From assembly GCF_009914755.1 (NCBI RefSeq), contig NC_060933.1: a stretch of DNA of 64,000 nucleotides; one strand, 5' to 3'. Shown one piece after another: positions 56,380 to 64,000 of the stretch; the stretch's first letter is position 1, and every line of letters begins with the position of its first letter. Origin of the DNA: the human T2T-CHM13v2.0 reference genome, Homo sapiens. The notes under the pieces are model-generated. The model ran no database searches. It was given only the letters and a program-made list of their open reading frames with translations, and was not told the DNA's origin. Position numbers and translations under genes: made by a program.

Positions 56380-57255
56380 TTTAGTTGCTGCCCTGCCTTC
56401 CCACTCACTCCTGAACTCTTACAATCTGGCATCAGCCTTCTCTTTCAATGAGCTAATCTCACCTCATGCCATCTATCCCTTCTCTGTAGTGTCTGACATT
56501 GTTGACCCCAGCCTCATTGAAACCTCTCTTTTCACCACTGAAACTGGCTCTCCTCCTACCTTTCTGCTCAATCTCTGTCCCATTTTTAAGTTTACTTTCT
56601 CCTTCTGCACCCTCAAGTGCAGGCAGCTTCATGACTCTGTTCTCACCTCAGGACTTCCCTCTTTACAGCCTTTTCCTGTGTGATTGCATCACTCCTAACA
56701 GTCTCAATAACCTCCTAGACATCTTCATTTGAACATTCCATTTACACCTCAAAATCAGTAGTTGCAAAGTTGAACACATTTGCTTTGCTCCATACATCCT
56801 CTTTCCCAGATTTTTCCATTTTGTTAATATCTTTACCACCTTCCAAGCTAAGCAAAGATAAACCTCAAAGGAGTTGTCAAGCCATATATCATCCTTTGCT
56901 TCCAGGTCCAGGCTTCATCTAACAGCCAGTGTCTTCCAAATTCTATGGCTCTGTCTGAAGTGACACTTGCCATCACTCCTTTCCATTTTAGTTCAAACTT
57001 ACTCTCTATCTCTTGGAATTGCTATATTGCCCCCCCTCTCATTTCATCCTTCACCAAGTCATCCCAGATACTTTTGTTGGATGACTCATGCTAAAGCATA
57101 GTTCTAACAATGCAACTTCTCCTACTCAAAACATTCAGTGGTATCCCAATGTCTACCTCATTACATGCAAACTCTCCCTTCAGCACTCAAGGACTCCTAA
57201 AATACGGCCCAGCCTGTTGTCCAGCCATCTGCTCTACTTATCCCCATGCTCTAGT
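56380..57255 (+). mobile_element. L2 fragments
   Basis: Pyrimidine-rich L2-like motifs (ctcttacaatctggc; tctgacattgttgacc; cctagacatcttcatttgaacattcc..cacctcaaa). Confidence 0.6.
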
Positions 57256-58023
57256 CATCTAAAGAAACTGGAAGGAAAAAAGTGAGATGAGTTAAAACTG
57301 AAAAATACCTTTCTCTCTTTCTGTATTCCTCTTTTATAAAGGTTACTTTGCCACTTAAAGTTACCTACATAAAATGTCTATCTACTCTAACAGATTGTTT
57401 TATATTTCAATCTCCTCTTCTGTGGGAGGAGGACACATAAACACATTTCTCAAGAAGTCAATACACTCAGTTCCTAAATAGTATTAGAGCAAAATTGTGT
57501 TACAAAAAAAACTTAATTGCATTAAAATTAACTGTGTTAAAATTATAAGACAACACCAGCTCTAAATAAATGGTAATTATTATTATGGCTATTATTTAAT
57601 CTAACCTTTTTGTCCTCAAGGAGTCCCATGCTTTGCCTTTTAGTGGGTTACCATCTTGTTGGGGTTCAAAGACTGGCACATGAATTAATTACAACCAGTT
57701 GTATTTTTCTTTTTTTTTTTGTAGACCCTATATATTTTATAACTGAAAGAATTTCCCTCCTTGCTTTGTCTACTAGGAAACGCAGCCAAATTTATGGCTC
57801 AACTCAGTAACTGTATAAGACCCCATGTATTATATATTTGTTTTTATCTATATATTTATCACTTTCTTGGCCTTATTTTTTTTACTTGATTCTTTCAATA
57901 ATTTATTTAATCCTCTTATTTTATAAGTTGCTTCTAATTCTTTGGATGTAAGTATTACTAAATACTAGTAAACCAATCTATGAATAATCAAATTATAGTA
58001 GAGAGTTTGGCATTAAAGAACAG

Positions 58024-58689
58024 TATCAGATAAAACAAATTCAGACTCAGGTAAGTAGAGATTTCATTTAAAAAGACTATTGCAATGGGAAGAGGGAAAC
58101 TATTATGATGAAGTGGTGGAGGCAATATTACAATAAGGAGAATGCTTCTATAGGAAGATGGGCAAGCAACTCAAAGGTTACAAGGAAAAGCCTTTCCTTA
58201 TATTGGGAGGAATGAACAGGCTGGAAAGAATCAGGTGTGGGGGACTGAGCTGAGCAGGTGGCATTATCAGCTAGTTGATAAGAGAGTATTTTTTTCCTGA
58301 GGACAATAGGAAGTAATAGCTCTGGAGAGCTGTTAAGGAGAGGTGGTTCTGTGTCCCATGCTCAGGAATAAAGCAAAGTTGAGGGTCCCAGGACAAAGAA
58401 TGGCACCTACTCAAAGTTTGGTCAAGTCATATTAGCATTTTGTCCAGATTGGTCAATGGGGACAAACAGTTCAGCTAATCATTTATGAGACAAAGAACAG
58501 GAATTTTAAGAGCCTGTATGGCCTTGTCATGAGTAGACAAGGGGCTCATCTGCAAGTATTATCCAAGTCATATGGGGAAGGGTGGTTCTTTGCAGTAAGT
58601 TATTTCCTGGAACACAAAAGATTAGGGAAATCTTTTAACCACTGCTATTTTCCAAGAGCACAGGGCTCAGGTAAAGTTCAGCACTGTCA
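58024..58689 (-). mobile_element. ERV1 solo LTR (MER31/MER67-like)
   Basis: Minus strand starts tgacagtgctgaactttacctgagccctgtgctc. 4-bp TSD ACAG at 58020-58023 and 58690-58693. Confidence 0.75.
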
Positions 58690-61600
58690 ACAGATTGAAA
58701 GTAAAATAGGAATGCAGAAAAAAGGGAGACTGGTGATGGAATCTTGGAAGAAATATTATCAGGGGCTTTTGCTTAAAGGGCTATTATGATTTCAGTGGTT
58801 GAAACTATAGCTTAAGAAAACTCAGGCTAGAGGGAGCACAGGCTAAAGCACAGAGAAAATGAACATGTGTGTAGAGAGGTAGGCACTTCAGGACAGAGTG
58901 ACAAAAGCAGAGGTCTGCTTGAGGAGGACAGGGTAGATTTCACTTAGCAAGTGGATTCAGCATCAGGATTCCTGAGAGCGTACAGTGGTGTAGCTGCATG
59001 AGGTGTGTCCCATTATTTCCAAATTTAAGAATCATAACTATATTAATCAAAGCATAACTGGATATCCTTTCAATGGAATGTCAGAATACTCCAGGGATTA
59101 TCTAAACATACAGGGTAATGTGCCTTTGTTTTTGACTAGGCTCTTCATAGTTCTGTTGAGATTAAGTTTAACTTTTAGAAACTAATAACAATGCAAACAA
59201 TTCTTATCTATAGACATGCAAATTAATTTAAATCTCCTCACTTCAGTTTTAAATGAATTTGCAAATTCATTTCAATATTCCTGGTCTATAAATGCATCTG
59301 TTCTCTGGATTTTCCTTTGAACTAGTCTTAACATCTTATTAGTTCCCTCATTTGATTAATGACTTAAAATCTTTGAGATGTGTTCATCTTTTATAGGAAT
59401 GCTTTTTCCTCTCTTTTGAAAAGCATTCTTTTGTTAAAAGAATGTAATTTCAATACTCATACCACAACTACCACCAAAGAAAAAAGGTTTCAAATCTGCC
59501 TGCCACCAACAGAGAACATTGGCAGTCACTCTGAAATTATAGAGATAAAGCCTACCGTCACTACTTAGCCTTCTGGACCCCATCACGTTTGCAAGTAAAG
59601 GAGCTCCTGCACTCCCCTCTTTCCTTGGGAGTTATGGTAGGGTTACATCAAGTTACCCTGGGAGTAAATACAATATTTAGGAGGGACTCTAGCAATACCC
59701 AAAGGCTATATCAATGTCCCAGGAATTGGCACACGGTGTTCCTGAAGCCTCCAAAATGTGTGAAAGGAATGACTTATACTCTGGGAAGAATCTGGCTCAA
59801 TGTAAGGAAAGATTTTACAGATAAGGAGGACTGAATTGCAAAAATAAAAATAGTGATTCTTGCCAACACTAAAAAGCAAGTCAGTGTGAGAAATGAAGTG
59901 GTATAGGTTTGTGGCTAGGGAGGCCCAGCAAGAGGTGTGCAGGCCACGTGCTCCACCTGAGCCATCCCATAGTCTTACTGAAGCTAGCAAAGATCAGAAA
60001 CACTCACATGGGGAATCCACCGGTCTTTCCAAAAACAGAAATCTGTTGGGAAGAGCTTCTGCTGCAGCTGAGCAAAAAAAATAAGAAATACTGTTCCACC
60101 AAGCCTGAGCAAAGGCTGATCTAGATGTAAGTGCTTCCCATTCACCAGTCAATCCATTATCACTTCCATCCCTACCCGCAGAAGCTGGGGGACAGGAAGC
60201 ATGTCTGCATTTGTCCCCTGTATGTCTCCAGCATTTTCTAAACATTTGGCCACAAATAGGATGAAGAGAGTGCTGTGCACTGGCCACTTAAGTGCCTTAA
60301 TCTTTACCCTATCAGGATGACAGTGCTCTGGGTACAGCTCACACACATGCCCTCTTCTAGACTGGAAAGCTGCTATTAGGATGCTGTCAGCAAGTCCAAT
60401 ATTAGAAGTTACCCCAGAATGATAAAATTCTACTCTTCTTTCATTGCATGTCTCTCAGTCACTTAATTTCCCCCTTTTCCTATTAATTCACATTATAAAA
60501 ACATTGTTTTAGTTTAGGTGGAATTTTTTTTCTGCTTCATTACACTTGCCTTTTTTTTTTTTCTTGGACTTCCCTCCCTGATATCTGCAATGAGTACACA
60601 CCACCTCCCTTGCAGCCTCTCTGCTTTTAGCAATAATTTGCACATAATGGAACAGCCAGAGGGGGTTTGATCAATGACCTCTGTCTCAGAGATGCTGTTC
60701 CTAGGGAAACACATCTGCCAACATAAAGTATTGGAGCAATCACAGCTCAGTGAACGCTGTAATAAGCAACTGTTACTCTGGTGCCATCAGTCATGTTCAG
60801 TTACAGACCTGAAAGGAAATGGCACCTCAGGGAGCAATGTCCTTCCATAAATTTGGGCAACAATGAAGAATGATTTGCAATCAAGTAATAAAAGGCCCAA
60901 AAAAGGTCCACCATGCATACTAACATCCAGTACAGCTGACAAAGGAAATAAAAAACCTTGGCATTGTTTGCTCGTTATGTAAACTACACAGCTGTCCAAG
61001 CAATTAAGATATGATTTTGGGAATTCTCTCATAAAAATTTGCTAACAGTGCTTCCACTTGTGAAAGTGACATTCTTCTTTATCAGTAAAGTGCATTTCAT
61101 TAAGGTAATGCAATTTCATCAAGCTTAATAGTAGAAATTGCTTAACCTTATGGCAAGAGTATATAAACAATATAAAATTAATGTCGCTCCTCGTGTGGGA
61201 GATAGATTTGCATTAGTGACAGTGCTGATCAAGTAATAAAGAAAGCCTATATAGATTGTTCAGGTCCAGGGGCAAATAGCTGCTCTCCAACTTACATGTT
61301 GGGAAGCTGTGCTGGCAATAAAACAGTTAAACATTAACCTCCATGAAAAGCATTGGGCTATAAGGAAAAAGACAGATCTAATTACTGAAGATATGTTAGA
61401 AAAGTGCTTGACTTTAGGACAAAACAAGGCACCTCCCTTACTGAGAAGGAGCATGGGCTTGCTTAGCAAGCAAAAGAAAAGGAAAGTTAACTCTTAACCC
61501 GTGCTCAAAACTGCACTGGCCCAAGACAAGGGGCCCCATTAACTACTCAACACCCCATAACCATTATCTTTTATACCCGAGATCTCTGGAAATAGGGTTG

Positions 61601-62429
61601 TGCCTGGCAGAAGGAAGTGCTCTCTAAGCAGAATTTCATTTGACCTCTTTTTCTTTCCACCATTTCAAGCCAAGCCAAATTTTTCCTCACTAAAGCAAAT
61701 GCTATTGTGGAGTTCTCATAGAAGAGTTAGTGTTTGAAAGCCACTGTCAGTGGAAGAAAGAACACTTCAACTTCTATCTCGACTCCAAAAACATCGTTTA
61801 TCCTTGAAAAGTTTTAGCCTTCTCAATATATGCTTTCATCAGAATTGTTCATGATAAATACAATTGGTCTATTTCAAATGCCCTCCTCTAATCTTGCATC
61901 TATAGCAAAGGAGTGGGTCAGGACAGCAAAACCACATAGTTTAGATTATCCCAGATTGAATTATTAACCTCCAAACAATAGCATATTCATCTTGCAAGCA
62001 AGCCCATTCATCAGTTGAGCACACAATCATTGCGGACTGATTCTGCAATGTTGGACTCTCTTTCTGAGTAAGATGGAAGCCCTGCCCTCAGGGAGCAACA
62101 GGCTGATAAAGAAGACAAGCATGCAAATAAGAGGAGAGAAAGTAAAGTGAAATAAGCAATGGTTCAGCATTTAATCTGATATCAAGAGCAGTGAGGAAGG
62201 CGAGTTTAATTTTGACCTTAAGGTGGGGTCATGAGTCTATGTGAACAAGGCAGCATGTGTTGTCCTTGAATGGTGAGAAGGACCATGAGAGATCCTTTCA
62301 GAATATTTCTCCATCATGAGGTCCTCTGAAGAGAGGGTGGAGATTGTGAATGAGATTCACTGACAGATGTGGCTAGATTAAGAGTATAGAACCATGTCAT
62401 GGAGAGTCTTGAATGACACAGGGGCCTTA

Positions 62430-62886
62430 GAGAGCCAGGTAACACATTCAAATGAAATAGTCAAGGGAAGTTTAATAAAGAAATATTTTACAAAGTTGTG
62501 GGCAGGATTAAGGGAAATTAACAAGGGATAGAGTACTGTAGGGCTAGCAACAACAGGGAACTTTATTATCCTGAAGATTGGGGATGGAGAGGCTCAGAAA
62601 CCTTGAGAAAAAATGGTAGCTATGGCTTTAGGATTGGGCCACCAATATGAGATGTGGCCTTAGGTGGAGGGATACAGTCTATACCAAGAAGGATAGAGCC
62701 TAGCAAGGAGGGAGGCAAAGGAAAAAATGCTTTGATATCTCCTTCCCAAAGAGCAAACCTACCAGAAGGCAAGGGAACTCCTTGATCCAGTAGTACATGT
62801 CAGCCCCAAGGGCACAAAACTGGGGAGAGTGGGGAGGGGTAGAGGAGAGAATGGATGTCAAGGAGCAAACAGAAAATATCCAGCAA
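62430..62886 (-). mobile_element. Old MLT1 (MaLR) LTR
   Basis: tttaataaagaaatatttacaaag..gggcaggattaagggaa...ccagaaggcaagggaactccttgat..aatggat..gcaaacagaaaatatccagca. Confidence 0.65.
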
Positions 62887-62979
62887 GGCTAAATCACCAT
62901 GATAAGACGTTTAGACACGAGTTAACTTCTTTGGTTATAAACCTGGTAATAATTCTACAGAGTAGGACTGTAAGATTCC

Positions 62980-63085
62980 CCATTTAGATTATGAACAACT
63001 TGAAAGCAAGGACTGGGTCTTCATCATTCTATTGTGCCTTACCTATGCTACATATATCCCTTGTATCTAGCATAGATGAGGCAAA
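62980..63085 (+). mobile_element. L2 3' fragment
   Basis: ttagattatgaacaacttgaaagcaaggactgggtctt..tctagcatag. Confidence 0.55.
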
Positions 63086-63549
63086 GTAGCAACGTGAGAA
63101 TTTAAGGGTCTAGCAGTTAAACAAGGTTGATGTAGTTAAGCCTCAAATGTCATAAAAAAGTTTAGATTACGGTCTTTGGAAACCTACAACTGTCCCTTCA
63201 ACAAGAATATCAGGAGATGGATGTCAAAGTGCATGATATGCTAGTCTTGAGATCAATACAATTTTAGGTCAGCCCTGAGTATATGGACCAAATCTTGAAT
63301 GAGGGTAGAGTTTCGCCACAGCCATAAGGCATCTAATTGCAAAAAGAAACCTCAAAATGTGTCACTGGGGCTCAAGGGCCACTGAAATTTTAAAATCTAT
63401 TCTGTGGTGTGCTGGGCGTAGGTTGTGTTCACCAAGAAAGGATAAAGCACACCATGCTGGCTTCCTCAGCCTGTAGACAGCTGGATACTGGAGCAGATTT
63501 TTCAGGGGCACTTTACCCTGGGGATGAAAAGGAAAGAATTAGGGTGGCA

Positions 63550-63760
63550 GCTGTGTAAGAAAACAAGCCTTGGGCTTGGCATGTGCAGACCTGGGTTTGA
63601 GGCCCTGACACACTACACATGGCCGCTGTGACTGGCGACAAGTCTGTGAACCTCAGTGAGCCTGAGCTGTCCATGGGCTGGGGGGAGAGAATGTTTACAC
63701 CTCAGGATTATCATAGGTGTAAATGAAATACTGTATGAAGAAGTGGCTTATAAACGGCAA
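63550..63760 (+). mobile_element. MIR SINE
   Basis: cagacctgggtttga..gctgtgac..caagtc..aacctcagtgagcctgag..acctcagga..aaatgaaata. Confidence 0.65.
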
Positions 63761-64000
63761 CACATACAAACATAAGGTGTTATTCTGGCTGCTACTTCCT
63801 GGCATTCAACAATTCTTCAGCCCGCAAGCACACAGTAGCCTCTTCGAAAGTGAGCCCTGTACAATTCTCCTTTCCCTATAAGAAATAAAAGGGTAAATTT
63901 GAGCAGTTTGAGGGATGAACAAGTTATTTTATGACACATTTTTCATGAATTTTACAGCGCATAGGGAAGAGTAACCAACTTTTTGAAAGTAAATTTAATT

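Noticed and set aside
59893-60132. Short ORFs followed by a GTAAGT donor near 60127
   Set aside because: No convincing upstream acceptor and no recognisable protein similarity.

Overview
AT-rich eukaryotic DNA from a simian primate, most likely human or another ape (AluY, THE1, MER4, HERV-H/LTR7 present). It looks intergenic or deep intronic. I find no supportable host protein-coding exon, RNA gene or CRISPR array. Nearly all long ORFs in the track come from transposons or microsatellites. Much of the window is interspersed repeat: L1 (PA/MA/MB/ME types), Alu, MIR/L2, near full-length Tigger1 and Tigger4, and several solo LTRs. The centrepiece is a 5.76-kb HERV-H provirus (49323-55081) with a CTGAC TSD and a perfect tRNA-His PBS. 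Its LTRs carry the duplicated ACAAAAGA motif described for the stem-cell-active LTR7up group. The two LTRs differ at 1 site over ~350 bp of U3 but at 11 sites plus an indel over ~100 bp of R/U5. The major splice donor appears mutated, and an ESRG-like leader ORF of 281 codons is open. Smaller oddities: a 30-bp exact templated insertion in the Tigger4 TIR, an L1-retroposed poly(A)-tailed LTR 3' end inside Tigger1, a fold-back rearrangement cluster, a candidate 4-nt microexon, and SOX/OCT/HOX motif clusters downstream of the provirus. Subfamily names come from my recall of consensus sequences, not a database search. I do not see evidence for a wholly new biological system.
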